NCBI RefSeq assembly: GCF_964204645.1
Contig: NC_134033.1
Location: 6,162,231 to 6,226,230, forward strand
Source of the DNA: Tubulanus polymorphus
Taxonomy: Eukaryota > Animalia > Nemertea
Length of the DNA: 64,000 bases
Reading direction: 5' to 3'
Numbering within the stretch: position 1 is the stretch's first letter; every line of letters starts with the position of its first letter. Under the pieces are notes generated by a model that did not search any database, was not told the origin of the DNA, and saw only the letters and a list, made by a program, of their open reading frames with translations. Shown here in pieces: positions 1 through 14,384 of the stretch. Made by a program: the position numbers and the translations under genes.

Positions 1-143
1 ATCGTTTGCGGGCAAAACGTTTTACGTGATCGATTTTGAAGTAACGCTCCAGGGGTTCCGGAATCTCGTATAAGAGTGATCGAATCGGCTGCTCTCAAAT
101 CTAATTCCCCGATGATGAAATTACCCACACAGCTAGGCTTCAT
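1..143 (-). CDS. possible start of a gene running off the window edge (MKPSCVGNFIIGELDLRAADSITLIRDSGTPG...)
   Basis: Minus frame open from ATG at 143 to position 1; CpG-rich like the real exons; candidate acceptor CAG at 241-243. No family recognised. Confidence 0.2.
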   Translation of the reverse strand, partial: MKPSCVGNFIIGELDLRAADSITLIRDSGTPGALLQNRSRKTFCPQT

Positions 144-394
144 AAACTACTGCGAACGAATCGTCCATGTCCGCAGTATCGGAATGATAACGATGATCGG
201 AAATGAATAAAAATCGACCAGCCAATACAACGATGTTCATCTGCGACAAAACACAATTGCACACTATCTCCTCCTATAAACCGGTCTTATGTTCCCGAAA
301 AAAATCAGCAATCCTATAGCCCCGCTTTTCAGGAATTAATGCATTCGTTTTAGAGATTAACAGGACATTTTTAGCTCACTTCATCTGTTTTGCA

Positions 395-651
395 GATGCT
401 CATGACACGTTCTATGATTGTGGCGAGTTTCGAGGTCATCGGGTTGTAAATGTTCACCAGGAGGCGTTGAAGCAAACGGTATTTCCATACATGTATCTTA
501 GTTCCTACGTATGACACAATCAAATGCAATATTCTAGCTCGTGATATTTTCTATGGTTGTGGCAAGTCATTGATTACTAAATGTCAATGAAATTGTCAGA
601 ATGTCAAACATTTCACCAACGTTGGCATGGTCCTTGGTCCCTTTATTGTTT
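395..651 (-). mobile_element. degenerate fragment of the HINE-like tandem-repeat element family
   Basis: Reverse complement matches the gaccttgaaactcaccacaatcatagaacatgtcatgagc subrepeat and, loosely, the aactaggggtccagggacaccatgcc 5' end seen at 45267. Confidence 0.6.
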
Positions 652-1515
652 AACTAGTCTCATGAGATCTATCATTCTAGTGGAAGATTCGACCTGATAA
701 CATAATTTTTGATGCAAATGAGGGTGCCACTGTTCAACCGTTACAAGGAAATGTTGTGCGCCCTTGGGACTAGTTTCTGAACAGCACCCAGCCCAGTTAT
801 GATGTAGACCACTTTTAAAACCTTAAGTCTGGTCTAAAAGAGTCTTGTCTAAAGTCTATGACAGATATGATCTAAGCTCTAAGACGGTCTCAGACTGGTC
901 TAAATCAAAGCCGTGTCTATGCAACTGACCCTTGAATTGAAATGACATAAAAAACCACATGTAACAAACTCCGGACAAAATATATTTTGGAAAAGTATAA
1001 GAATGTGCTTCTTCATTTATTATTGCCTTAATATCATTCGGAACCAACAAATAATTCTCAACTTACAAACATGTAAGAACAATCATATGTTCAATTACAT
1101 ACATGTGTCTGTGTACATGTGAACCCAAAATGCAAATGACTTTTCTAAAAAACAAAAACTCAACAATTTTCCAAGCATTTTTCAACGATACATACATGAA
1201 AAATCACGCTATTCTTGAAAAAATGTTCTGCATTTATCGGGACGTACACCTTTTAGCACAGAAATTGAACACCATTATCATTGACATTTCCTTCTCTTGC
1301 ACATTTCCTAACACAGCACTCGAGTATTAACTTGAATATGATTTATATCATGCTTATATGATTTATATCATGCTTTCTATCAAATCGGAGAACTGTGAGA
1401 AATGCCTGCAGATAAATTACTGAGTATTCATTAATAATATAACATAGAATAGTCCACTATTCTCAGATTCTTACTCTGTGCTTGACAAGATCATTGACAC
1501 CAAATAGTAGGCCTA

Positions 1516-1694
1516 CAGTAGACTGCCCAAGTCTGATCCGATCAACTCGGATATCCGTTCAAAATGATTTTTTTTCGAAATATAAATAATAGTTTTGTAA
1601 CAATATTTAAGATTACATAACTTTCAACTCGGATATCACTCAAGTCGGATACATTTTACAGTCTCAAACGATCCGACTTGAGCAGAGTCTACTG
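1516..1694. mobile_element. Tc1/mariner-pogo (Tigger-like) MITE
   Basis: TIRs cagtagactgcccaagtc / gacttgagcagagtctactg; TA on the left flank. Confidence 0.65.
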
Positions 1695-1727
1695 TCCACT
1701 GAAAAGACCATTTTTGCGCAGTCAATA

Positions 1728-1984
1728 CAGTGGAACCTCGTTATGATGACCTTCGGGGATTAGAAAATCGGTCGGTTATATTATCCAGTATGAAATTAGT
1801 AAAATTAGTTATAGTTGGGATGAAAATCTAGGTTTGTAATATATGAATATGTTATATTTGTATGAAAGGTTGTATCTTGTTAGCCTTTTATAGGCTGGCT
1901 TTATTTGCAAAGATGACACTTTAATAAACTATATATATAACGACAAAATCGTTATATCCAAGATCATATAGCGAGGCTTCACTG
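1728..1984. mobile_element. Tigger-like MITE
   Basis: TA|cagtggaacctcgttat ... atagcgaggcttcactg|TA; related copy at 53822-53971. Confidence 0.7.
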
Positions 1985-2639
1985 TAGAAAAAACAAAAAG
2001 CACAGCCAAAGGACAATACAAAACAAGAGCCCCAAGGAACACTATGGCATATGATGCATTGTGTGGGATCGTGATCAATTTTACCATAACAGACTCGGCT
2101 GCTATAGAAATTAACTGTTTACAAATTTTATCACATTTTACAAAAATGACCCGGCCGCTGCGAGAAACAAGGTATCATTTTTGTTTAACCAAATGACGAA
2201 AGATAATCAGGGGATTTAAAAACTTTAGGGGATTTGTTGGCATGTAAATCAGTAATTGCGTTCTGTGCCAAATATGGCGTAGTCAAGTCGAAAAAGCAAC
2301 GAATGCTTGCAAGAACTCCATGCAAGAGTCCAGGAAACTCTAAAGTCAGCCTTTTAATAGCAATCGGAAACAGTGTTCACTTAGGCCTAAAACATTTGAT
2401 GAAATGAAACAATTTTGGGCTTCAAATAAGCTCTTTCTGCTTAAATGCAATCTACACAATACAAACCTAACAGGACAACTAGTTGGCTGGAACGCCAAGT
2501 ACTTCAGATCAGATCATACTTACAGATCATTTTTCTTATTTGTTCCTATGATTTTTGCAGAATTTTTGCTCTATTGATATTGATTTTAAATTCACACGTT
2601 TTCACAATTCAAGGAGAATACAGGCACAATTTGTGACCA

Positions 2640-2723
2640 GGGATTATTCATTTATTACGTACGCATGAAATTGGACTTTCCCTCCCCATCCCCTTATGCG
2701 TACGTAATAAATGAATGATCCCC
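2640..2723. mobile_element. short palindromic MITE (PIF/Harbinger-like termini)
   Basis: gggattattcatttattacgtacgcat ... atgcgtacgtaataaatgaatgatccc; related terminus at ~45010. Confidence 0.6.
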
Positions 2724-3293
2724 CAATCATTCAGATATTTCTGATTTCACTTTTTGGGACGCCCGATATACACCTAAAGCTGTGATGGATTTTTGGACCC
2801 CTGCTACTCATAACCTAGTTTCTTGGTCCCGGCTAAGACCCATTTTAATTAATTGGAATATCGACCCTTATCCCTGAATTTCACCAAATACAGCACATGA
2901 AAAATCTTTATCTTTTAAAATTTTCATCCTTTTTCCAATGAAAAAAAATGACTTCTCGACATTTTTAATCTAGTGGTCTGCAAAAAAGTTAGTTTTCTTA
3001 GTTATTCCCATTATTCGAATTGAATTCAATTTTCACTCTCTTTTCCCCACTGACTGTTGCATGGATAGTGGCCCTTCATTGTGCAGTAGGCCTAGTCATT
3101 TAGCGGCCCTGGATCCGCCCTGCGTCTTTCCATTCTACGTGGAAAACATTTCTTGAATAAAAGAATTTTTTCCCCTCTTCCCTTCCATTTTAAAAGATCT
3201 GTAATAGTAAAGATTTTTTTCATTAATTGCTATTTCTTCCCTTCACCCTAAGCTAATATTTTCATAGAACATAATTGATTGAATGTAATAAGA

Positions 3294-3470
3294 CAGGCGT
3301 CCCCTGGATTTTTTTGGGAAAGTTCGTTTTTAGTAAATAGAGGTGGTCTGGGTGTCCTCCCCCAGAAAATTTCGTGCAAGCAGGTTAATTTATGTTAATT
3401 TAAAAATGCAGAACGTTCGTCGACGTTTGAAAGTTCAAAAAGGGGGTTCGTTCAAACTACCGAACCAGAA
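3294..3470 (+). repeat. interspersed repeat; inverted copy at ~43635-43901
   Basis: Shared blocks (aacgttcgtcgacgtttgaaa, gggggttcgttc, tcctccccagaaa) occur in reverse complement at 43635-43901. Confidence 0.6.
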
Positions 3471-4289
3471 CTAATCTTTTACCCTGAAAAAAATACGTTT
3501 TTCAAGTTCTGCGCTTAAGAAGTTATTCCAACGGCCTGTGTTCCATTTCATGGTTTCTCAATCACTACAGCCCCCTATACAATTCTATTCAGTTTTAAGA
3601 AGAAACTTATTTTTTTTCAAGTACACAATTCACAAAATCAAAATCGTATCAAAAGTAAAGACACTAAAAGATCAGTAAAGGTCCGAAATTAGGAAGATTG
3701 AGATTACTAACAGCGAAGCCGGAGAGAAGAGACTGAATGAAATGGTCACTAAAATATCTATGGATCTTACAATGAATCTTATAAAAAAAAACTATTAACA
3801 ATCTGGAGATGCACAAACTATAAGATAGAGATTTAGGACTATAGTTTTGGAATGATTTTTTTTCTTTATTTCAAAATCATCTAACAATCGCGTACGCTAT
3901 GAAGACATTTTCCAAGGTGGATTTACTACTTCCTAAAAAATAAACCATTGCTTTCTTCCTACTCGCAGAATCTGAATCTCAATTAACCGGATTTTGAGTA
4001 AAAAGTCCAAGTATTTTTACTTGAGCTAAGGCTGCATATGCGGGCTATCTAGTGAAGAGTTTGATACGTGGATAATCAAGAGTGACGATACTCATAGTCA
4101 ATACTGCGAGATATTGATTACTGGTCAGAGGCGGATCCTCCGCCCTTCACTGTTTCAACTCAAAAAATCAATAAACAGTTCACACGAAGGTGATGCATTC
4201 ATCGGATTTATTGATTTATAATTCCACGTTAACACTCTTCAATATCTGGCTCATTAGTGCGTTTTGCCTGTTTCAGTCACTCGATTTAC

Positions 4290-4540
4290 ACTCCCCTCTC
4301 AAACTTCATCTTACATCTGTCTGTCTCCTCTCCGCTGGCATCGCTCCCCCTTCTACCTCGTCTCCGTCCTGTTGCCTCTCTTACTTTCTCCCTCCTCTTC
4401 CAGCAATCTAACCCACCACCACCCTCCCTCTTCTCTTTCCCCAATTCTTCTACCCTCTCACTACTTCAATCTCTCCTCTCCTTGATTTCATCCCTCTCTC
4501 CTCTTAGTTACTTTCCTTCTCCCCTTTCATATCTTTTCTA
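4290..4540 (+). repeat. CT-rich low-complexity tract
   Basis: Pyrimidine-rich run; explains the overlapping S/L/P-rich spurious ORFs. Confidence 0.8.
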
Positions 4541-6312
4541 ACCAAAATATTGAGCACTAAAGAGCTTGAAAAATTGCTAACGATTCTTGATTCCTCTAAG
4601 ACCTATTATGCTTAGCCTATATCTAATATAAACTTCTTATGGAGATTCGGTTGACAAGACACTATGAGAAATTTGGCACATGTTTTCCTTTTTAAATGCA
4701 TATGTATGAACCGAAATGCTTAGATAATAAAACACATATTGATCCGAATTTCCACGAAAATTATGAAAATGTTCCTTACACTTCCTGGATAGTTCAAAGG
4801 TCTTTCAGGAGGACGGGCATTTGCCACTTTAGCACCTCAACTGTGGAATTCATTGACTTCAAACCTGATAGCTGGAACAAATGCTCCAACTTTTCGATAA
4901 ATGACATGAAGAACTTTATATTCAGAAGAGCTCGCCAGCACCTCAGAACAATGTTCCAGTGAAACAGGCGCCCTATAAATGACAATTTTTAAAGGTCAAG
5001 CCAGGTTGGAGAAGTCAAGCACTGGGTGGGTATGTGTTGGATGGTCCTATAAGTTTTTCTTGAGTGAGTAATTTTTTTTCTGTGAAAAATATCTGGAATA
5101 GGCCTGTTGTAAATACCACCAATAGATATCACAACACAAAGAGTTCCAGTCTATTTTGATATCATACAGTCGAAGTCCATTAGAGCGCCATCCTTTTAGG
5201 CCTATAATGTAACTGGTCATTTAATGCCAACATTTTCTAATGAGACAAATTTTCTGGATTCCCAAACTCAAATCCAATGGAAATACTGATCTTGAATGAA
5301 GCCAAATTGGTTTTGATGCCATTTATTACATCATTCCCCAACTATGGCATTTTAAAGGACCTTTACGAAAGAATAAGAATTCGTTCTGATTGCGCTACTT
5401 CCAATAATTTCATAGAAAATCAGGTTCGGATTCAAATACAAAACTATCAGGTCATGAAATAGACATCCCATTACACCTCCATTCAAAAAATTCAGATCCC
5501 AGATTCTTTTAGAAAAAAAAGTGTGCCACCCATTTAACTCAATAATTTTCTCAGCAAATGAATTAGAAGAACATAATGGCATCATCAGTTAGTGATAGCA
5601 AAAGCAAACCATAGGTTCTCATAAAATGACATTTAACATCGAAGTCACCTTTGAGAATGAATACATTATTATAAATACATATATACGTATCATTTATAAA
5701 CTACCCTTTTTTAAGAGAATCATTTAAGCAGGGTTGAACTATGGAATTGATATTTTGGAGGGGAACTGTACACTACCAGCTAACACGTTAAAGTAAGCAG
5801 CCCCCTTAACCATGAGCAACCTGATGAATATACACCTGATGAAGCAACTATTCACTGGTAGCAAGAGCTTGTACTTCAAATAAATCTAGTTAACCTTAGA
5901 GTACCATTTGTCTTCACCTTAACCAATGCTACAGATATCGTGATGATCATCACAAAAGTCATCACCAAAGTCTATAAAAATCTTTTTTCCTGGTTCTGCA
6001 GTTGGGGGTTAGATATGGACTATAAGGGTAAAATATGTGACAAACATAATTTTGACTTGACATTTAACTCCAAATCACAACTGCGGAACTGGGCCCGATA
6101 AACTTTGGCTCGATTTGTCCAATCATTTAGATACTAAGCTACAGTACAGATTTACCATAGCGATATCAACTAAAATGCTCATTCAAATAATTCAACAGTT
6201 ATTTCCACATACCATGCACTAACAACTTAAAACCCTTCCAATGCTCACTTATAAATACCCGATAGTGCTAGAGATATTTTGAAAATTTATAAGATTCCAC
6301 CCCAGTGTATTG

Positions 6313-6508
6313 AATAACAGACATAGTGCGCCTACACCGCAGTGCGGTGTATCAATGTTTATAATATTTCACTATGTTTGACATGAGTTGCTCCTCTAAT
6401 ACAGGTAAAAACTAATTACTAATAACATTAACACACTGCTATGCAGTGTACTAGCAATAGCCACCAATCCATACACCACAGTGCGGTGTAGACACACTGA
6501 AATGGTTA
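6313..6508. mobile_element. small TIR element (piggyBac-like TTAA end)
   Basis: agtgcgcctacaccgcagtgcggtgtat ... atacaccacagtgcggtgtagacacact; right end gg|TTAA. Confidence 0.45.
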
Positions 6509-7193
6509 ATAGATTCAACTTTAGCCCGTAACAATTCCATAAAACGAACCCTAATTTTCAAACAATTATAGATTAAGTAAGTAATCCGTAATCCATATAA
6601 CAGACCCCTAATGTTCAATACAGCAAACAATTATAGATTAAGTAAGTAAACCATATAAAGATTCAAAAAATGAGAGGGTAACAGGAAGTTAATATTTATG
6701 GTCTTAAACTAAAGGGCAGATCTAGGGGAAGTCCTAGGAGGTCCGAACACAAACAAACTCGACATTTCACAGGAGCGTTTATGGCCTGGGCCAAATCTCA
6801 GCACGCGACAAATGATTGCGTTTGACTTGCAACTGGTACCGGAAATTACCCACTTCGCTTTGTTTGAGCATTGTTTAGTATCGAGTGAGTGGTTTGCGTG
6901 TGAGCGCGCTCTCTCATTACGCATGGGCAAAATTTGGCTTGAGCCTGATCCGTGCCAATTTGGCCCGGGCAAAAAACGTCTCCATGTGATCGCGGCTTAT
7001 GAGGATGTGAATTGAACCTTTCGTATGGAGGTACTGATGTATGTATTTTCGAACATTTTGAGACCGGGCAAATGGTATTCAGTACCGGAGGTGTTCACTA
7101 CGAATAGGTTTTACTAGGATGCCCCTTCGGCATTTTCCCAGATGCGCCCTCGCGCCTCTTGGCAGATGCCTAGAACTCAAATGCGAAGAGATT

Positions 7194-10100
7194 CTACAAA
7201 GAGAGGGTCGACGGCGAACCGACGTGAGAGATAGCACTACCTAGATCTCCGTTACGATGAGTACTTACGATAACTTCAACAGGCATGGTTGACTCGGAAT
7301 CCTCACGTATACTATCGTTTGGTTGAGGCGACAACCCGTTCGCAGTGCTGTGTTGCGGCGCCGCCGGTTTGCCGCAACCAAACAGGAACGCTTTACTGAA
7401 ACTCGAACTGGCCGGCATCTTCGACAGTTCGACGTGATTGCTCGTATCAGGAATTGCCGAGTGGCTGATCGACATTTTACGATGGTGCGGACATAACGGC
7501 TGCGAATGCGACGACTTCGCCGCGACGTGCGACGGTAAAAACGTGTGACTCGACGACAAATCTTTCTTGCCAATCATCGGACTGAGGTAACCTTTATTGA
7601 TACTCGTCGAAAGCATCATCAGCGAACGATTACTTGTGTAATCCGACCGTCGCGATATCGTCGGCGAGATCGTCACCAGCACGCGATGAACATCCGCCTC
7701 GCCGTCTTTCTTTTCGGCGTCGGTCTGCGCGTCCGCCGCGACCATCGGCGTCGTCTGCTGGCGTTCTTCGCCTGCTAGACGACGTTCGTTGAAATGCGCG
7801 ATGATCTCGCACAGGACGTACAACACGACGCCCATCACCGCGCAGACGAGCGAAAAGAACAGAAACGAGCGCGGATTCCGTTCGAAGAACAACCCGGTCA
7901 CGAGCGGGGCGCACATCTCACCGAGCGTCGCCATCGAGACGAGCGCTGTCGTCACTCGACTAGCTTTCTGTATGTGAAAATCGGCCCACGAGAACAGCGC
8001 CGCGAACGTCGTCGACTGCCCGACACCGAGTACGGCGCACGTCACCAACACCACGTAGTAATTATCAGCGCCGCCGACCGTCAACGTCAACATCGCTGCC
8101 AAAATAATTGCCAGATTAAAGCGTAACAGTTGGTGCGGCTGTAAATGGCGCACAAGGCAGATCGCCAGCGCCGATGCCAGCGCGTACGTGCCCCAGTACG
8201 TCGACATTACCACATTACCGTCGCTTTTGCTGCGGTTGAAATTCTTGACGATGAAAGCCGGCAAAAACTCGCCGAAATTTGTTTCCATCGCGATGAGGAA
8301 GTAAACGCAAAACGACGTCAACGCGATAACGGCGTATTCGAATTTCTTACGTTTCCGCTTCGCCGCTCTATTCCTGGCGCAGTCGGCCGCCGATTCGGAT
8401 GCACGCCGGTTCGCCTTCTCGAGTGCCAGCTCCTGCTCTTTTGCTTTCGATTTCTCTATGTGGCGTTGATGGTAGAACAAATAACTGGCGCACATGAAGG
8501 CGCCGACTAACAACGTGAACGCGCCGATTATCACGAATGACAGTTGCAGGCCGGATAGAAAACTGTCATCGCTAACAGCTAACGCCGGCAAGGAGACATT
8601 CTGGACCGTTCTATATCGCTTTTCCAGGGAATCATTCGTTACGACGATTCCGTCGATATCGATCGATTCGCCGCGATTTATTGTCGATTCGTTTCGACCG
8701 CCCTCTGTGGAATTGTGTCCGATCGCGTTGGAGTTCGTCTTCAGGAACGGAGTGGCGAGGATCGGTGCCGCGAAACAACCGAATATCCACATGGAGTACA
8801 TCGCTTGCAGAAACGGAGCGTGATCGTCCCCCCACAGCGCTAAACACAGCATACAACCGGCTGAAATATTGAAAACAGGTTTCAAAACAAAGCGACCGCA
8901 GCCATGACTCCTCATGTACATCCAAAACTGGTCTTAAATCATAAGGCTGGTCTCAATTTGTTAGATCGACTAAAGAAATAAGTTGGTCTTATAAGTTGGC
9001 TCAGTGCATACCACAATCAGCTGGTCTAAGTTGTTCAATTTGTTAGACCCACGTATAGCACCAAAATGGGTTTAGACTGGTCTAAGTTGTAACCAAAATG
9101 AACTTAGCCTTGTTGTGTTAGACTGGCTATAGAACCAAAATAAGCAGTTTGTAAGTTGTTAGACCTTCCCAATTCGAGGGCTTACTAATAAGATGAGATG
9201 TTTGATGTTAGAAGGTGTATTTTTCAGAAATCCACTCTTGAATCTTCAACTTACTGGTTTCGATTGTGCCCATACAAACACCTTGTACTGCGAATATGCA
9301 CAGAATGGCGCCGTAATTCGTACACCAGCCGACACTGCTAATACTGGCCGTCAGTAATACATATGAACTCGCAAATCTCCATAATACAAACTTTTCTTTC
9401 AACACAAAACCTTAAAACAAAAAAACGACGAGCACATTAAAAATGAGTATTCAACCCTCAAATACGAGTCGATGGGGCCCAAACTTCGACACATGTGTTC
9501 GGGACTAATTCACCCGAGGACAATTTGATAGAAAATGAACACCAGACATTTCTATAAGCACACTTTCAAAAACGGATTGTCGGCACTTCACGTGTGTTTG
9601 GGTACATATCCTGAGGCATGTTCAATTGAAAATGGATAACAAACACTTAAATAGGCTCAGACATTTTCTCAGCACTCACTTGCAAAAACTTAAATTTTCC
9701 ACACTTCACGTGCTCAGTACTTCACTTGCAACATTTTCAATGGAAAATGAACTACAGTAGAACTGGCGTAAGTTGGACAGCTTTAAGTCGGAAAAGTTCC
9801 GAAGTACCGATATTTTCAGTTCATTTTCCTATCAAAATCTGTTTCAAAGTCGGATTCTAGAAGTCGAAAATTCGACTAAATCGGTTAGAATATATGTTCC
9901 GAAAGTTTCAAAGCAATGCATTTTTCAATCTCTTAGTCAGTCGGCTAATTTCAGTTCTTTTTAAGCAGATCGTCACTGGCACGCAGCGTCTATTATACAC
10001 CGGTAGATCAATTTTTCTCTCGACGGACACATATGTTTACATAGTCAGCTATATAATAGAGTACTGACCATGTGTCACTCAGTTTTTAGGGTTAGGATCT

Positions 10101-12926
10101 TAATCTGTAGCTAACTCTGATTTTTCTTAGAAACCCCCAAAATCCGACTTACTCAAAATCGGAATTTTCCTAAGTGGGACATTTTACCATGATCCCGACG
10201 TGTCCCGACTTCCCAGTACGCCAGTTCTACGTACAAACAACAGACATCACTAATATTTGAACTACCAACAGAGTAGTTGTTTTAGTTGTTTTATCGGTGC
10301 ACATTCAAAACATAGGCCCTACTGAATCTTAAATCAAAGTTTCTCTCAATTTCAAGTTTGGCAATTAGGCGTTCGAAAACCAACTAGGCCTACAAAGGAC
10401 ACAAAAAAGGCAGTTGACCATTGAAAACAATTCTTACCGACGAGCAGAACGCTGACGAAATATGCCAGAGACCGAACAACGAATATCCAGGAGATCTGAT
10501 GAACACTCGTATCAGTCAATTCCTGTAGATCTAGTAACATCGGACCGGGATACGCCAATCCCAAACCCTGAAAACAATTAACAACTTCCTTATCAAGTCT
10601 ATTTAAGTCTAAAAATAAAGAATACTATGTATATGAGTAGTTAGCGATGTTTCAGACTCAAATGCTGAGCCACTTTTGGCTTAGTTATTGCTCATAGCAT
10701 TTGATTTGAAACATCAAAATATGTATTTCTTCATCATTTTTGTCGAATATATCAATACTCAGTACGTATATATAGGCCTAGGCCTAATACTTGTAGGCAT
10801 GATAGCGTTAACTAAAGGCTGGCTTATGTCGACAAGCAACGCGACGCCTACCGACGCGACAGCGCTCAGATTCGCAGCAACTGAGGCCGACTAGCAGGAT
10901 ATGAGATCCTCCCAGTTGCTTCCCTGCTTATGTCGGTAGCGATTACTAGCAACTGCAACGGCTCAAATGGTCACGTGATAAGCATTTTCAGAAAAAATTT
11001 GAATTATTAGGAAATATACTTCTATTAGAAAAGCTATTTCTTTAAGACTTTGATCTTTCTGATTCTGTTTTGAATACAACGTGCTAGCGACATCTTTAAA
11101 GATGGCCGCTCACACCATAATTCTACCAATTTCGTTTCTAGATCTTCGGTCCAGTCATCTGCCGTGCTGAAAGTTTGGTTTACGTTTTGAACTACTTGAA
11201 TTTGAAAGTTTATGACTAATTACGAATGACGCTAACTATCGGTGATAATTTGTACTATGTATATGCAGTCTCTCATTGGCTGGAACCCCTGCGCTCAGTT
11301 CCGTCGCGTCGCAGATGAGCTTATGTCGGCTGCAATCGAAAGCAACAGCCTGCCTACCGTAGGCCGGAGTAGAACATGGGCAACTAGCCGGATACGGCTT
11401 GCGACGAGTCGGTAGGCGTCGCAAGCCAGCTTATGTCGAACCGATTGAGGAGCAACTGGCGGCCTCTCGTAGGCCGCTAGTTGCCGCTAATCGGCGATAA
11501 ACCCAGTTGCGTCGGTAGGCGTCGCGTTGCTTGTCGACATAAGCCAGCCTTAAAATGATGCTGCATCGGAAAAATAATTAACCCGGTGGCTGCGGTTACA
11601 GAGCGTGATAGCTCCGGTTACGGAGTACAGTTTTAGCGCATGTGCAATACAGTAAAATTCTGACTTGTAATATTGGGATTCGAAATCAAACCAAACAGTA
11701 GTAGAGTGCTTTACCCACTGCGCCACAGCTGGAGATCAGGTGAGTTAATTTATATAAACCTCATTAACCCTAACCCTATTCTGGTCTGAATACCAGTCGT
11801 TCTTTACAACGTCTGACGCTAAAGTATCATATAGGCTAGAGGTTAACTCACTGTTAATTGCAATGCAACAACTGATTTTAGTGTCAAATCAAACCTTTGT
11901 ACTCAAATAAATAATTAGTTAGGCCTACCTTGTTGACTTAGAAAACATGTTTAATAACAATATTTTCGATGATTTAAACCGTGAACCGGAGAATTTATTG
12001 ATTTGATTTGAATTGATTGCCACAATCGGGATTTCCAATTCGGACTAGATCAATATAGGCCTACTGTGAAAATACAATAGGCCTATGTCTCTCTAAAATT
12101 ATTCTAAATGTTATTTTTTGTTGATAAAATGCATTAATTTTGGTCAATTTTTACCTCAAGAATTTGAAACAAGAATATCTGCATTGGCACCAATGTCAGT
12201 CCAAGTTCAAGTCCGAATCCGTAATTTACACTCCCATCATGCAACTCGAAAAACCGCCATATTTGTTATGTTGCTTCACTTCAACCATTTTTTGAGGCGA
12301 CTAGTCAAAAGTTTTGAGCTAGGCCTACTATGATCGTCAAAAGCTACTTAGGATTACAAATTTATGCACAAACAATAGTTAACTTCCATCTGATTACAGG
12401 ACAGTGAATTTGAAAAAATTTATGGTGTTTTAAGGGGTGAAATAGACGCTCAAAGCCTCGTCCCTCAAAATGAGGGACGAAAATTAACCTTATATGAGCA
12501 CTTTCGCCCTAAACGTTGTTTGTAGAACGACAGCTAGGTACTAGACTAACCGGTCACCTCTCCGCGTAAACGGTTCAATCAATTACATTAAATATCATTG
12601 TTTCAGATTCAAAATGTCATCAGCAATTCATACATTGCCATTGGTTAATTTTAAAATATCTTCACTAGAAAGATTTTAGCCTGGATTCTGTCAATTAGTA
12701 GATTGCGCCATCACGAGAGGTGCGGATCTGCACTTTTACCAGACTAACCCTATTCCTTCTTGCACGTGCATGTGTATATATAGTGCAGATTCCCCCGTAG
12801 GCCTAACTGGAGCCAGTTTGAATAATTAAATATCCACTTAATCAACAATATATTTACCAGTGCGAAATAAGTGACGCACAAACAAAAAGAAACGACCACT
12901 TCTTGTTTTTTCTGGCGGAAATTCAT
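7194..12926 (-). CDS. MFSD4: MFS transporter, MFSD4/sodium-dependent glucose transporter 1-like (paralog A), 4 coding exons, ~673 aa
   Basis: Exons 12926-12858 (MNFRQKKQEVVVSFCLCVTYFAL), 10567-10438 (GLGLAYPGPMLLDL...), 9410-9255 and 8860-7194. All introns GT-AG with consistent phases (0,1,1). Has the GPxLLDL motif, LWGD..PFLQA, E..FG.FL and many hydrophobic segments typical of MFSD4. Confidence 0.9.
9755..10231. mobile_element. Tigger-like MITE in intron 2 of paralog A
   Basis: TA|cagtagaactggcgta ... tacgccagttctacg|TA; absent from the homologous intron of paralog B. Confidence 0.65.
10816..11550. mobile_element. PIF/Harbinger-type MITE
   Basis: 42-bp perfect TIR aggctggcttatgtcgacaagcaacgcgacgcctaccgacgc; TAA duplicated on both sides. 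Confidence 0.85.
11672..11730 (-). mobile_element. tRNA-derived SINE head remnant
   Basis: Minus strand has an A box tggcgcagtgg and a degenerate B box ttcgaatcc. Confidence 0.4.
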
Positions 12927-14384
12927 CTCTGTCGACGTTGATGTAGCTGTAGTTGTTGTAGTAATGCCAATGTCTTCGACATCTAGTGATCGTCCCAGAA
13001 TTCTAGCTCTTTTTTATCAATTATCGTCCCAGTATTAGATTGGTGGCTGGCTTAACTTTATTTATCTGTTCGCTGCTGTCTTTTTCTCCGTCTCAGTTGT
13101 TTCTATCTTTAGCCGTTATTCCGAATGTGACTGTAAAATAGACCAGCTAAGTATCTCCACTAGTAGAACTCGGAATTCGAATAAATTGTATTATTTTATT
13201 TGGCTTTCTACTGCTCTGGGCTTAGTAGGTAAGTAAGCCTTTTAGGCTACTTAGTCACGTTTATAATAAAAAAGAATCACGCGCTTGCTTGCTCGCTGCT
13301 GCATATGATCCAATCGGGTGCAATTTTCGCGCGACGGTGACACAATTCCAGCAGCAATTATTGCGTGTGACCCTAATACTGCTCCTCTAGCTATCACAAT
13401 TTTAACCATATGAGTCATTCTGCAGATTTTCAAGAACCTGCCCTGAGAGTCCAGTGGTTTGAATCAATAGAAAATGAAAACTATTCACCAGATTGAGCTG
13501 AAACGGTGGCAAATCAAGGTGATCGGGATATTCGGATTCAAACTAAAGTTTTCGAACAAGACTACGCTGTATTTTAAATTTATTTCAGAAACTAACTAAA
13601 ACATACAAATACTTTAAACCAAATTTAGCTAAAACAGTTGCATGTCAAGATGATAGGGAAACAAAAGTTTCATATGCGGAATGCTCATTACATGTATTTT
13701 CGCTAAACTATAAGAAAATACAATTGGAATGGGCATTTCCCAACAAATTAAGAAATACAAATACTTTTCATAGAAATAAAGAAATTGAATTTTTCTCCGT
13801 GGGAACATTTTTATCAAAACATATATATATTTCGTCAAAAATTTCATCTATAACCTAAATGAAAAAGAAGATTCACAATCAATCTAAGGAATAGAATTTT
13901 GCTGCACTATGTTTGGTAATTAATGATAACGATGATACAAGTTTTTGTAACAATTTAATGAAATCATAAAATTCCAAGCGGCGCTGTTTGTATTTTATAA
14001 TTTACAATGAAATTCTGTTCGAATTTCTTTGCACTTCACTTTCCTATGTTACCTTTGCATACGTATTTCTGTGTATACCTGTTTGCATCAATAGATAAAT
14101 GAACGCACTTGTGTTGAATAACAAAGTCCTTATCGAATCGTAATTAAACTGGCTATCGGCTCGTTCACACACACTGAATTTCGCAGAATGGGAGGTGACG
14201 AAGAGATTAGGAGAGCACGCAATTACTCATTATATCAATAGGCCTTCAAAACATTTGTCGAATTTCTAGCCTGATTTTGTTAATATGCGTAGGCCTGTAG
14301 CCTAGATTGTAAATGTAGGAAAAATGTGTTTTATCAAAATGAAAAAAAGAGAAAGTTTAGGTGATCAATGAAAACGAGGATATA

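Noticed and set aside
4190-4541. Three overlapping S/L/P-rich ORFs
   Set aside because: Low-complexity CT tract.
8861-8921. ORF-track N-terminus MYMRSHG... of the 575-aa ORF
   Set aside because: Intronic; a splice acceptor at 8861-8862 joins upstream exons that are conserved in the paralog.
7265-8925. Many overlapping antisense and alternate-frame ORFs (also 34216-35457)
   Set aside because: Shadow ORFs of GC-rich MFSD4 exons.
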